Origin: Camelus dromedarius
Taxonomy: Eukaryota
Assembly (NCBI RefSeq): GCF_036321535.1
Contig: NC_087437.1
Span: 62,622,001-62,686,000 of the forward strand
DNA length: 64,000 nt
Direction: 5' to 3'
The position numbers and the translations under genes are program-made. The notes under the pieces are model-generated. The model did no database searches and was not told the origin of the DNA. It worked only from the letters and a program-made list of their open reading frames with translations. Shown piece after piece: positions 12,582 to 28,144 of the stretch (positions are counted from its first letter, which is position 1; each line of letters opens with the position of its first letter).

Positions 12582-13059
12582 CTACAAAAACAAAAATGTT
12601 TAACAAAATACAGAGAATCAGAAAACCTGTTGCATGACTTTTCTGAAAAGGATCTCACCTGCTTTAGAGAAATATGCTCTTGCTCACCATGCCCCTTCTG
12701 CACACACAGCAAGTGAATAAAAGCAGAAGACTCCTTGGATTGGCCATAGATGTCCACCGTGTAGACATGCTAATCAACAGCTTTTCAGTGTCTAATTTTA
12801 GAGCATGTATAGTTCAACAGTATCAAAAAAAAATCTGTTGCCAAAAAAGGTTCACCACCAAATGAAATGCAATAAAAGTTTGTCTCATAATTGAAGACAA
12901 TTTCAGTATACATCGTAATCACTGTGACATGCTGTTGGAAAAGTCTTCACAAGGCAGCTAACCTGACCATGACGACACATGTGAATCTTTCTGCCACAAC
13001 CCTATCAGGTGCTTAGGTTATGTACAAATCCTAATCCTTAATTTCCGCTCTTCTGTTCT

Positions 13060-15900
13060 TTTAAAAAAAAATTTTGATGTATAATCGGTATGTTTCAGGT
13101 ATACAAGATTGTGATTCAACACTGGTAGACAGTGTGAACTGATTACCACAGTAAGTCTAGTTAGCATACGTTACCTGGCTTAATCACAGGAAATTATTTT
13201 TTTCTATGATGTGAACTTTTAAAATTTACTCTTAGCATCTTTCAAATACGCAATACAGCAGTATTAACAAAGCCAGCGTGCGGTACACTATGTCCCCATG
13301 ACTTACTTTATTTACAACTGGAAGTTCGTGCCCTTTGACTCCCTTACCTATTCCAGCCAGTCCTATCCTATGACTCTTGGCAACAACCAATCTGTTTTCT
13401 GTACCTATGAGTTTACTTTTTTATTTTTAGATGTGCACAGATAAATGAGATCATATAGTATTTGTCTTCCTCTGTCTGACTTATTTCACTTAGCATAACA
13501 GCCTCATGGGCAGCCATTGCTGCAAATGGCAGGGTATCATTTTCTTACTGTCTGAATAATATTCCACTGTATATATACATAACACCTCTATTCATTCATC
13601 CATCAATGAACACTTAGGTTGTTTCCATATCTTGGCTATTGTAAATAATGCTGCAGTGAACGTGGGGGTGCAGGTATCTTTTCAAGTTGGTGTTTTCTTT
13701 TTCTTTGGATAAATATCCAGAAGTAGAATTGCTGGATCATGTTAGCTTTAATTTTTTGAGGAACCTCCATACCATTTCCACACTGACTGCACCAATTTAC
13801 ATTCTCACCAGCAAAGCACAAGGCTTCCCTTTTCTCCATAACCTCACCCACACTTGCTATTTCTTATCTTTCTGATAGTGGGCATCCTTCTTTTGTTTCT
13901 GATCTTAGAGGAAAAGCTTTTGGCCTTTTCGGGATGATGCAAGCTATGGTCCTGTCATATATGGCCTTTATTACATTGAGGTAAGTTCCCTCTATAACTA
14001 CTTTGTTGACAGTCTTTATCATAAAGGGAGGTTGAGTTTTGCCAAATGCTTTTTCTGCATCTGCTGAGTCTCTCTGTTCCTTCTTGTTCCCTTCCACTGT
14101 GTTTTGATGACTGTCTTTAGTGGCATGCTTAGGTTCCTTTATATTCTGTGTATCTACTACAGGATTTTGCTGTGTGGTTACCATGTGGCTTACTTGTATC
14201 CGTAACAGTCTGTTTTAAAGTGACAACAACTGAAGTTTGATTACTTTCTAAAGCTCTACATTTTTACTCCCTCCAAAAGGCTTCAGGTTTCTGATGTCAT
14301 ATTTTACATCTTTTAATCTTGTATATCCCTTAGCTAATTATTGTAGTTATATTTTTACTACTTTTATCTTTTAACCTTTTAAGTGGTTGATTTGCTACCT
14401 TTACCATATATTTAGCTTTCCAGTGAGATTTATTCTTTCTTTTGTTTTCTTGTTGCTAAATAGCACCCTTTCTTTTCAGCTTAAAGTCCCTTTAACATTT
14501 CTTGCAAAGCCACTTTAGTGATGATGGACTTCTTTAGCTTTTGCTGATCTGGAAAACTAATTCTCTCCTTTAATTCTGATGCTGGGCAAAGTTCTTTGTT
14601 CCAGACTTTCTCCTTTCAACACTTTGGCTCTATCATGCCGCTACCTCCCGGCCTGCCAAGTTTTTGCTGAAATACCTGCTGATAGTCTCATGGGGGTTCC
14701 CTTTTATGTAACAAGCTGTTTTTCTCTTGCTGCTTTTAACATTATCTTTAACTTTTGACATTTATAATGTGCCTTGATATAGGGCTCTTTGGGTTCATCT
14801 CATATGGAACATTCTGGGCTTCCTGCATGTGGGTGTCCACTTCCTTCCCCCCAGGGTAGGGAAGTTTTCAGCCATTATTTCAGGAAATAAGTTTTCTGCC
14901 CCTTTCTCTCTCTCTTCTCCTTTTGCGACTCCTATAGTGAGAATGTCATTCCTGTTTGATGTGTACCTTAAGATCTTCACTTTTTTCATTCTCTTTTTTG
15001 CTGCTCTGATACCCCCTCTAGTGTATTTTTCAGTTATTGTATTCCTCATCGTTGACTTCTACTTAGTACGTATATTTTCTGTCTCTGTTGAAGTTGAGTT
15101 AAGGGAGCATCTTTAAGACCATTACTTTGAACTCTACTGGGTAAATTACTTATCTCCATTTCACTATAGGTTTTTCCTGAAGTTTCATCTTGTTCCTTTT
15201 TCCTTCATTTTGCTTGACTCTGTGTTGGTTTCTATGCATTTCTCCTGGTCTTGAAGGAAAGATGTAAGACTTGAACCGTGTTCAACCTTTTCCTGGCTCC
15301 TGGTCATTTCTCAAAACTTTTGACTGCCCATGCAGCCTTTGCTCCCAGTAATAGCTCCCAGTAGTTGAGGGTATGCCAAGGCCTGTCAGTGTCCCAAAGG
15401 AGAGGGTCTCAGTCAGCACCTAGATTCACCCTGATTAGTTCAGACAATCAGGCAACAGCTTTTGAAGTATGCAAACACATACAGGCCTGTGGGACTGTAA
15501 GTGTAAGCCTTACTGGCCACGAGTGCCCTACCTGAAGGTGTCCCCTGAGTGGCAGTCAAAAAATTCAGGGTTACAGATGAATGCATAAGAAGCTTTTTTT
15601 CTAGGAGATAAAACAGCAAGTTCTAGTGAGACAAAGAGCATAAAGACGGTGTCTATCAATCACCTGACGTTCCCAGAGAAGAGCTCTGTAAACCCTGGTG
15701 TGTGCCAAAACTGAAGCCTCAGGCCAAAGCTCCAGGACAAGCAAATGGGCCCCTCTGACAGAAAGAGTAGGAGTGGTAACCTGCCAAGAATTGTGTCTCA
15801 TTGTTACAGTCCCATGGGACCGGCAAAGGCAAGCCTCCCGATGGCCACCTGGTGGCCTGGTGATCAAGGGGATTCCCCTGGGGCAGCAGCCACAAAAACT
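13060..15900 (-). mobile_element. Internally deleted L1 (5'UTR, ORF1, short ORF2 piece, 3' end) in UMPS intron 5
   Basis: 3' end at ~13060-13875. ORF2 piece [17 protein letters not shown]...[15 protein letters not shown] at ~13880-14065. ORF1 piece GEEREKGAENLFPEIMAENFPTL at ~14800-14950. GC-richer 5'UTR-like sequence to ~15900. Confidence 0.8.
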
Positions 15901-15909
15901 GGGGCATTA

Positions 15910-16040
15910 CAGATTTGGAGGGCATTATGCCAAGTGAAACTATACAGAAAATATGACATTGCTTATACATGGACTCTAAAAATGTAACAAACTAGTGAAT
16001 ATAACATAAAAGCAGCAGACTCAAAGATATAGAGAAACTA
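15910..16040 (+). mobile_element. Short L1 3'-region fragment
   Basis: ggagggcattatgccaagtgaa...cttatacatggactctaaaaa...gcagactcaaagatatagagaa. Confidence 0.6.
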
Positions 16041-16260
16041 TGTAAAAGTGTAGAAGTAGGAAATGTAGTGACAACATGGCAAATGTAGCCAATAAAGCAA
16101 TCTAGAGAAACATACTTGAGAGGAATCTCAAAGAGCTCCTCCAAGTGGCAAGTGCCGGTAATACATACAGTGCCAGGCAATGGGACGTGTGATTTGCAGA
16201 AACGCAGGCAATAAAGCCTTCCTGCCTGCCTGCCTTCCTTCTTCCTCCCGCACTCCCTTA

Positions 16261-16392
<132 letters not shown>

Positions 16393-17897
16393 CTAAAGGG
16401 AACATCATAAACAGATAATAAAAAAGCAGTTAATCACACAGAATGTAAGAGAATTTACTATTTTATAGATGCCCTTTCTCATTTCATATTAAACTTATTA
16501 TATTTAAGACAGGTAACCTTAGATATGAATTTACGTACTTGGTCCATTAAAGCCCTAAAGTAACTCCTCCTGTTCCTTTCCCTCATAATTACACACTAAA
16601 AAAATTAAAAATCCTTTACTATGTACATCTTAATTCTAAATGTTGCAGTTACTTTTTTGTAAAAATGCTTGGGGACCGACCATTTCCAAAAAGGATATGA
16701 GTAATACTCTAGAATGCATTTATAATGGTATAAAACCACACTGAAGACTTACTGCTCATCTATCTACACATATATCTAAGGACAGCCACCATATAAAAAA
16801 CAGCTCTGTTGTTACCAGCAAGCTAAAGAGATCTGACCTCTACTCCTTTCTCTCTTCTTTAACATTTGTCAGTAACTTGTGTCCACAATTTATTTCTCTA
16901 CCATTACGATACAAGTTTCCCTAGATTGTCTGATTTTCTAAATTACTCTTCTCTGAGGCTCATGCTGTTCCACTCTTGCCACTAAGTACTACCACCTACC
17001 AACAAGCGATATATTGTCCTTGAGCCAGATCCAGAATGCCAAATACCAGCACTGACTCATGGACCTTCTGCTGTGAGAGCTGGGGAACCACAGACACGGT
17101 CAATTCAGGAGGGGGTTAAAACCTGGCCCTAGGACATGTTAAGTTCTTCACAGTTCCACAGACAGCCTTTGAAATAATATGAAAAAGTAAATTCCCATGT
17201 AAAATGTAAAATTCTATTAAAATAAAAAGTCCTATTACTTTCAAAATTAATAGTCTTTAAAATATCTGTAAAAGTAATCCATCCATCTTTCTAGGTGACT
17301 ATCCAACAATGAAACTCAACCTGAGAAGAATGTGAAAAGGAGCTTTTGAACTAGGTGATTATCCATCTCTCATTTGTTCTGGTGTGCAGGGGTGGGAGCT
17401 GAGTACTAACATGTATGGTGTTATAAGAACTTTTAATAATGGGGAATTACTGGAGGAAACAATGTGTCTGGACTCTAGTTAAGAACTCTCCCATACAATG
17501 CCAATCAATACCAAAGACTTTAAGCCACTTCACGTGGACTGCTGTTAGGAGACTGTGCGTCTCTATGGGATTCCAGAGAGTCTAAGAAAGCGCATATCCG
17601 GGAATAAGAGCTTCAATTTCCGCTTATGGTGAGACGGACAAAACTCACCTATCCTAAAGGCCAGATAAGTATTGACAGATATTTGACCCAATATTTGTGT
17701 TTCAATGTCTCTCTCTTAGAGTACAATTCAAATCTTTTCAGTGTCCACTACAAGATATATAATGCTATTAACAGGGCACTCTAGGCAACTAGTATTAATA
17801 AACTAATACACTAATAGCAACTGATTTTTTTATTTTTGGTAGCGATTCCACAGACCCCAAATTAAGATACTTTCCTCCCCTGTAACATGTAGCATCA

Positions 17898-18176
<279 letters not shown>

Positions 18177-19437
18177 TTATCCAACTAACTAACCAACTAC
18201 AATATGGAAATAATCTCCTAGTAACATGCTAATGAAAGAGTGCAACAGTTCAAGAATTTTAGTGATTCTCAGTGGACTTATGTGTGAAAATTTATCTATC
18301 TACCTGGTTAGCTAGCTGAGAGATCATAAGGAGAAGAAAACTGATTAGGACTGTTTTTCCTTGCAGGCTGACATTTGTGACCACCAATAAAATCTATGAA
18401 ACTGGAAAGGTATGCCACTGAAGACAGGGGTTTGCTGAGGTCAAAGATATCAACATTCTGAAATTCCTCTGAAGATGACAAACTTTCTTTCTGTAGGAAT
18501 CTCTCAGCAACTTTACCATCTCACATCTTCTACTTGTTCCTCAGGTCTCTTTAGTTCTTCACGTTTCAACAGGCAATTGCACTCATTTTAAAAGCAGACA
18601 ACAATAACCTTAGATGTTTGAAAAAATCTATATGCATACCTATAGAAACTCTGTATAACTCACTCAACAGTCAATATCATAAGCACATGAAGAAAGTCAA
18701 TTACAGAAAAATCTACCCTAAAGAAATAGTTTAAGAATACATACACATTAAAGAAAAACTGTCATCTGAAAAGACGCTTGTAACAGTTAAATTACATAAA
18801 ATGTCTGATGTAAGGTTAAGTGAAAAAGCACAGGACACAAACAATAAAACAGAAATTTGCATAAAAGATTAGGTAAAGAATTAATTAAGCAGTTTTTTCA
18901 ACTAACATATGCTCTACCTGGAGTTCCTATTTAACATAACATTTTTAAAAAAGGATGTATATCAACAGATCTCTTTCTGCTAAAAATAATCTTACAACTT
19001 TATACTACTTTTTAATTGCTTCCTGTATCTACAATTCTCATTCTTCAAATATTCAGAACTCATTGTGTTCTGCCAGGGCCAACATCTGTCATTTCTTCCT
19101 TCCTAGAACCCATGTCCCTTTCTCCTGGCATCAGCATACCCATTTTCTTTAAGGGAACTACCCTTGACTAAATCTTGGTTCAAGAAGCTTACATAAACTT
19201 AATAGCCTCACATTATCCGGGGTGAGGCTTGTTGCCCAGGTGAGCTAATAAAGGTATTCTATACCACAGAGCAGAGTGAGTGGATTGGGGAAGGCTTGAG
19301 GAGAATGCCTACCTGAGAAAGAAGTCAAGAGAGAAGAAGGCAGAGCTGAGACTTGGCGAGAAAGCAAGACCAAAAGACATCACTTGAGCTCCCAGATCCA
19401 ACCATGCTTGACAGGCTGCTCTATGGCTGGGCTATCA

Positions 19438-20226
<789 letters not shown>

Positions 20227-21289
20227 TTAAAATTATATCTTTCAGCCAATTCAAGATGTATCTTGCAGTATAAGTTTGGCATGTATTAATGAAGAGGTGG
20301 ATGATCTAATCATATTTTCTGATACTCTACTTTGATTTCTGATAAATCTTCGTTGTGCTATGATTACTGTCTTGTTCAGTGTCTCCATTTCAAAACTGTC
20401 AAAGCTACAATACAGCAAATTTAAAGTAAAACTAGCAAATTATTTAACAGTGTAAATAAATACCACTTAATGTGTTTATGATCAAAATATCAAATATGGG
20501 GTTTCTTAAGGGAAGACCACCTAGATCAACGCAAGTTATGAAATAAAGCATAGCCCACTATCACCAATGAAAGCATGCTTCTTTCCATTAACAAGCAATT
20601 TCATTATTCAAGATCAAACTACTGGCCTTGTGAGAACATAAATTCAGGAGTGAAAATGTTTAAAAACCACTCAGATCAGTCACTGTAACTTTATGAATTA
20701 TATAATGTAGTGTGACTAGATACACTTTCCCACTCCAACCCCCTACTACAGACCATTTTCAGATGATCTACAAACTAAATAACTCAGGATGTGGACTCCT
20801 GTTTTCAGAGACTCAGTTTTATATCTTCTACTACCAAATTTGCTTTTTTAAACAGAAATAGAATTAGTGGGCATTTTGCCCACTCTTGGAGCCTTTTCAC
20901 AGGTACCACCTTTGCCCTGTCCCATCCCTTTCCCTTTAAATCCTTTCCTTCCCTGGAAGAACTGGCAAGTTTAACTGAATCAGCTTAGACCAGAACTTAG
21001 AACTGTATTTATAGGTATATTTAACAATTAATGATCTTATTCTAAGATCTTAACATTTTTGAAGACATACAATACGGAAATAGAAATAAGTTTCCTTATG
21101 GCAGGGATTCATATAAACACTGTGCCACTAAGCAGCAAAAATATTTTTCTAATTTTTTATAATAGATAATACCAAACAAAAATGGACAAAACAGAATAAC
21201 AAACCCCCACAAATACAACACCTTGCCAGTTAACAACTCATGGGCAATCTTGTTTCTGCTATAACTCCACTCCCACCATCCTCCAGTAA

Positions 21290-21445
21290 TTTTTATTTAT
21301 TCATTTATTTTTATTTTGGGGGCAGAGGTAATGTAACTAGGATTATTTAATTATTACTTTTAGTGGATGTACCACACCAGGGATTGAACCCAGGACCTTA
21401 CGCATGCTAAGTACGCACTCTACCACTGAGCTATACCCTCCTCCC
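21290..21445 (-). mobile_element. tRNA-derived SINE (Vic-1-like)
   Basis: Reverse complement has A box tagctcagtggtagag, B box gggttcaatccc and an A-rich tail. Confidence 0.8.
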
Positions 21446-22041
21446 TGCCCCTGTTATTTTTAGAAGCAAATTCCAGACATATGATTTCATCATAAAAAAT
21501 TTTAGAATACAACTGTAAAAAGAACTCTTTTCAAAAAAAAAAAGTAACAAAATAGTATCACACCAACATAAAACAACACATAAAACCCCAGTAATTCCCT
21601 AACATCATCAAATAGGAAATCATTTCCAGTATTTTTAGGTTGGAGTATTTTAGTTTTAAAGCAGCCTACATGTTTAAAACAACTATCTGGTAACCTTTTG
21701 CCACAGACCCATGAAAAAAAAAATCTCCATTTGTAATTTCATGTGACATTTATACTGCTTTAAGAAAATGATTTTTCTTCATGCATTTCTATTCATGCAG
21801 TTTAAATATAAATACACTAGGAAAGCAAGTGCTCTTAGAACATTCTGCTGATCAGGGAAGTGCTGGTGAAAATGCTGGGTTTCATAAATTTGGTGCACAA
21901 AAAAGCACTTTTTTCATTACTTAATTAATACGAAGCAATTTCACCCCAGACTCTAAAGGAAAGGAAGGTGTGATTTATAACAGTTAACAAATTCCACAAG
22001 CCATAATAACTTAAAGGACCTGTGAAGAATATTCAAGTCTA

Positions 22042-22296
<255 letters not shown>

Positions 22297-22648
22297 TTAA
22301 TTGATATATAAATAACTTAACATAAATACAATAATAACCCAGCAGGGTACAGCCTCAAACCTGATCAGAAAGATATAAAAGCTTTTGGTTAAATTACCCT
22401 CTCTGCAAATCCCAGTTTACAAATTTAAATATAAAAGCAGAAGAATAAACCTATTCTCTAGACTCAGGGCTGCTCTGAGGGCAACATGGAATGTGTTAGA
22501 AAAGGCTATGATGTTGACCCTGAAAGACTAAGTATGACCCCCAGGCTTCACAGTCTCCCTTACTAATTCATTATGCTTTGAGTGTCTAAATCTTTGTATC
22601 ACCTTGCTAGTTTTACTTTCTTGAACAAGTCTTCAATTAAGAAGTTTC

Positions 22649-25227
22649 AGAAGGAACATTTCTGAACTCATTCTACAAGGCCACCATCACCTTGATACCA
22701 AAACCAGACAAAGATATCACAAGAAAAGAAAATTAGAGGTCAATTCACTGATGACCATAGATGCAAAAATCCTTAACAAAATACTAGCAAACCGACTCCA
22801 ACAATACATTAAAAGGATCGTACACCATGATCAAGTGGGATTTATTCCAGGGATGCAAGGATTTTTCAATATCCACAAGTCATTCATTGTGATACACCAC
22901 ATTAAAGAATAAAAACCATATGATCATCTCAGTAGATTCACAAAAAGCTTTCGATAAAAATTCAACACCCATTTATGATAAAAACTCTCCAGAAAGTGGG
23001 CATAGAAGGACCATAACTCAACATAATAAAAGCCACATATGATAAACCCACAGTTAACGTTGTGAAAAGCTGAAAGCATTCTCTCTAAGATCAGGAACAA
23101 AAGGATGCCCACACTCTCACCACTTTTATTCAACATAATTTTGGAAGCCCTAGCCACAACAATCAGACAAGAAAAAGAAATAAAAAGAATCCAAATTAGA
23201 AAGAAGCAAACCTGTCACTGTTCACAGATGATAGGATACTATACGTAGAAAACCCTAAAGATGTCACCAGAAAACTACTAAAACTCATTAATGAATTTGG
23301 TAAAGTTGCAGGATACAAAATTAATATACATCATTTTTATACACCAACAATGAGATATCAGAAAGAGAAATTAAGGAAACAATCCCAGTTACCACTGCAT
23401 GTATCAAAAAGAATAAAGTACCTAGGAATAAACCTACCTAAGGAGGCAAGAGACCTGTACACTGAAAACTAAAAGATGCTGATGAAAGAAATTGAAGATG
23501 ATACCGTGTTCTTAGATCATAAGAATCTATACTGCTAAAATGACAATACTACTCAAGGCAATCTACAGATTCAATGCCATCCCTATCAAAATACCAGTGG
23601 CATTTTCCACAAAATTAGAACAAATAATTTTAAAATTTGTTTGGAAACACACACAAAAAAACCCAGCCTGGAGAAAAAACAGAGTTGGAAGAATCAGGAA
23701 GAATCATGATCCCTGATTTCAGACTATACACTACAAAGCTACAGCAATCAAAACACTATGGTACTGGCACAAAAACAGACACACAGATCAATGGGACAAG
23801 ACAGACAGCCCAGAAATAAACCCATGCACTTATGGTCAATTAATCTACAACAAGGAAGGCAAGAATATACAATGGAGAAAAGACAGTCTCCTCAGTAGTG
23901 ATGCTGGGAAAACTGGACAGCTCCATGTAAAAGAATGAAATTAGAACATTCTCTAACACCATATACAAAAATAAACTCAAAATGGATTAAAGACCTGAAT
24001 ATAAGACCAGATACTATAGAACTTCTAGAGGAAAACATAGGCAGAATACATTTTGACATAAACTGCAACAATACGTTTTTGGATCCTTCTCCTAGATTAA
24101 TGGAAATAAAAACAAAAATAAACAAATGGGACTTAATTAAACTTAAAAGCACTTCCACAGCAAAGGAAATCACTGACAAAACAAAAAGACAAACTACGGA
24201 CTGGAAAAATTATCTGCAAACAATACTACTGACAAGGGATTAATTTCTAAAATAAACAAACAGCTCATACAGCTTAGTATGGAAAAAACAACCCAATCAA
24301 AAAATGGGCGAGAGTAAACAGACATTTTTCCAAAGAAGACATACAGATGGCCAACAGGCACATGTAACAATGCTCAACATCACTAATCATCAGGGAAATG
24401 CAAATCAAAACTACAATGAAGTACACCTCACACCAGTCAGAATGGCCATCATTAAAAAGTATATAAATAATAAATGCTGGAGAGGGTGTGGAGAAAAAGG
24501 AACCCTCCCATACACTGGTGGGGATGTAAATTGGTGTAGCCACTATGGTGAACAGTATGGAGGCTTCTTAAAATACTAAAAATAGAGTTACCATATGACC
24601 CTGCACTCCTGCTCTTTGCCATATATTCAGAGAAGACTCTAATTCAAAACAATTCATGCACCCCAATGTTCAAAGCAGCATTACTTACAATAGCCAAGAC
24701 ATAGAAGCAACCTAAGTATCAATCAACAGTTGAACAGATAAAGATATGGTATTTATTGACACAATGGAATATTACTCAGCCATTAAAAAGAATGAAATAA
24801 TGCCATCTGCAGCAATATGAATGGGCATAGAGATTATCATTATTAAGTGAAGTAAGTCAGACAAAGACAAATATCATGTGATATCACTTATATGTGGAAT
24901 CTAAAAAAATGATACACATGAACTTACAAAACAAAAACAGACTCACAGACACAGAAAACAAACTTACGGTTACCAAAGGGGAAAGCAGTGATCAGGGAGT
25001 GATAAATTAGGAGTTTGGGATTAACATATACACATTACCATATATAAAACAGATACCAAGGACCTACTATATACAACACAGGGAACTATACTCAGTATCT
25101 TATAATAACCTATAATGGAAAAGTATATGAAAAGGAATATATACATACATATATATAAAGCTGAATCTCTGCTGTACACCTAAAACTAACACAACATTGT
25201 AAATTAACTATACTTCAATTTAAAAAA
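22649..25227 (+). mobile_element. 5'-truncated L1 (ORF2 RT and C-terminal region, 3'UTR), degenerate
   Basis: ORF2 peptides such as LTPYTKINSKWIKDLNIRPDTI; 3' end aactatacttcaatttaaaaaa. Candidate TSD aagaagtttc (22639-22648) / aaaaagtttc (25223-25232). Confidence 0.92.
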
Positions 25228-25234
25228 GTTTCCA

Positions 25235-25573
25235 AGAGAAATTAAGAAAACAATTGCATTTACAATTGCATCAAAAAAAATAAAATACCTACAAATAAAT
25301 TTAACCAAGGAAGTGAAAGACCTGTAAACTAAAAACTATTAAGACACTGATTAAAAGAAAAAAAAGATGACATAAGTAAATGGAAGGATATTCCCTGCTC
25401 ATGTATTGGAAGAATTAATTGTTATAGCAAACAATCCTAAAATTTGTAGGGAACCTCAAAAGACCGTGGATAGCCAAAACAATCTTGAGGAAGAAGTATC
25501 AAGCTGGTGACATCAAACTCCATTATTATAAACTATATCACAAAGTTATAGTATCAAAACAGTATGGTATTGG
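25235..25573 (+). mobile_element. Host L1 ORF2 fragment, left half
   Basis: gagaaattaagaaaacaatt...aaaacagtatggtattgg; the sequence resumes colinearly at 28654. Confidence 0.85.
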
Positions 25574-27428
25574 TTCCAGTCAAGATGGCAGAGTGGAGGA
25601 CCACAAGCTTGCCTCTCCTAGCGACTACAACAAAACCACAACTGAATGCTAAACAACCAGCGAAAAATGACTGGAACCTAGCAAAAAAGATCTTCTGCAA
25701 CTGGAAATATAAAGAGAGAACCACAACAGGATGGTAGGAGGGGCGTGTTCATGATATAACTGGGCCCCATAACCTCCAGGTGGGCGAACCACAAGCTGAA
25801 GATTTGTTAAGTCGCAGAGGCCCTCCCACAGGAGTGAGAGCTCTAAGCTCCACGTCAGGCTCCCCAGCTTGGTCCCAGCATTGGGAAGAGAAGGAGACCC
25901 CAGGACATCTGGTTTTGAAGGCCAGCGGGGCTTGGCTCTGGGAGCCTCACAGGACTGGGGGAAACAGAGACTCCATTTGCTTGAGAAGCGTACATGGAAA
26001 CTCACGTGCACCAGGTCCAAGGGCAGAGGCAGTGATTTCATAGGAACATGGGCCAGACCTGCCTGCTGGATTTGGAGGGTCTCCTGGGGATGTGGGGGAT
26101 GGCTGTGGCTCACTCAGGGGACATAAAAGTTTGTGGCAGAGTGTTAACCTACATGAGCTTTCTTGGAGGGTGACATCTTGATTGGATCATTAGTACCAAG
26201 ACCTAGCCCCACCCAACAGCCTGTAGGGAAGCTTCAGGCCAAACAACATACAGGGTAGGAAAAAGGCCCCACTCATCAGCAGACTCCCTAAGCCACAAAA
26301 GGCCTCTAGACACAGCTCTACCCACCAGAGGTCCAGGACCAAGCTTCACCCAGCAGTGGACAGGCACTGGCTCCTCTTGCCAGGAAATCTGCATAAGCCT
26401 CTAGTTCAGCCTCATCCACCAGGGGCAGATACTAGAAATAAGAAAACAATAATCCCAAAGTCTGTGGAAGGAATCCACAAACACACAGAAAGATAGACAA
26501 TATGAGGCAGCAAAGGAATATTTCCCAGGCCAAAGCACAAGATAAAATCCCAGAAGAAGAAATAAGTGATGAGGAGATAGGCAATTTATCTGAGAAGGAG
26601 TTTAAAGTAATGATGGCCAAGATGTTCAGAGAACTCAAGAGGAGTATAGATGCACAGAGTGAAGTTTTTAGCAAAGAGTTGGAAAATATAAAGAATACCC
26701 AAACAGAGTTGAAGAATAAAATCACTGAAATGAACACTACACTAGAAGGAACCAAGAATAGAATAAATGAGGCAGAAGAATGGATCAGTGAGCTAGAAGA
26801 CAGATTAGTGGAAGACAGATTACTTCAGAACAGAAAAAAGAATAAAAAGGAATGAGGATAGTTTAAGAGAACTCTGGGACAACATGAAGTGTTCTAATAT
26901 TTGCATTATAGGGGTCCCAGAAAGAGGAGAGAGAAAGAACCTGAAAAAATTTTTGGAGAGCTAATCACTGAAAACTTCCCCAACTTGGGAAAGGAAACAG
27001 ACACCCAAGTCCAGGAAGCACAGAGAGTTCCACACAGGATCAACTCAAAAAGGAACACACCAAGGCACACAGTCATCAAACTGACAAAAACTAAGGATAA
27101 GGAGAAAATATTAAAATTAGCAAGAGAAAAGCAATGAATAACATACAAGGGAACTCCCATAAGGTTATCAGCTGACTTTTCAGCAGAAGCTATACAGGCC
27201 AGAAGGGAGTGGCACAATATATTTAAAGTGATGCAAAGAGGAAACTTACAACCAAGAATACTCTATCCAGCAAGGCTCTTGTTCAGACTTGATGCAGAAA
27301 AAGGCTTCACAGATAAACAAAAGCTAAAAGATTTCAGCACCACCAAACCAGCTTTACAACAAATGTTAAAGGAACTTCTCTAGTTATCAAACCAGAAGAA
27401 AAGAGAACAAAAAGAAGAAAGAGGAAAA

Positions 27429-27459
<31 letters not shown>

Positions 27460-27490
27460 AAAAACAAGAGAGAGAGAGACCTACAAAAAA
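25574..27490 (+). mobile_element. L1 5'UTR plus ORF1 (degenerate)
   Basis: Starts ttccagtcaagatggcagag. ORF1 peptides MRQQRNISQAK...NLSEKEFKVMM and ENFPNLGKETDTQVQEAQRVP. Confidence 0.92.
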
Positions 27491-27875
27491 TTGCTTTGGC
27501 TGTTCAAGGTCTTTTGTGTTTCTTATAAATTTTGGAATTGTTTGCTCTACTTCTGTGAGGAATGTCGTGAGTATTTTGACGAGGGTTGCGTTGGATCTGT
27601 GGATTGCTTTGGGTAGTTTGGCCATTTTGATAGTATAGGTTCTTCCAATCCAAGAGCACAAGAAATCTTTCCATTTCTTTGTGTCATTTCGGTTTTCAGA
27701 GTATAGGTAACCTCCTTGGTTAAGTTTATTTCTAGGTATTTTGTTGTTTCTGATGTAATGGAAATGCCTCTGCCAGTTATAAAGTTTTGGTTTTTGAAGT
27801 AACAAAAAGGTGAATGAAGGGCTGCAAATGACAAAAATATCCTTCTTTCTTATAGGTGAGCTGTATTTCAATACA

Positions 27876-27915
<40 letters not shown>

Positions 27916-28010
27916 CATGCTGTATCTTCATGTGCACTTAGGATGCTCCCATATCTTGGCAATTATAAATCATGTTGCTGTTAATAGTAGGGTGTATGTA
28001 TCTTCTTGAA
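27491..28010 (-). mobile_element. Inverted L1 ORF2 and 3' fragments containing a (GT)n microsatellite (~27881-27912)
   Basis: Minus-strand peptides KYLEINLTKEV and WKDFLCSWIGR..IKMAKLPKAIHR. Confidence 0.8.
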
Positions 28011-28144
28011 TTAATTCTTATCTTGTGGTTGGCATTATTCCTTTGATAACTATGTAAGTTTAAAAACCTAAAGCTCTAAACGTTCTTAGAGACAATGAAC
28101 AGTACATATATGTAAATTTAAAAATATATGTGCAATAAAAAAAA

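Noticed and set aside
17560..17655. CpG-containing patch with a minus-strand donor (AG|GTGAGT) in UMPS intron 4
   Set aside because: I found no convincing acceptor or snoRNA box structure.
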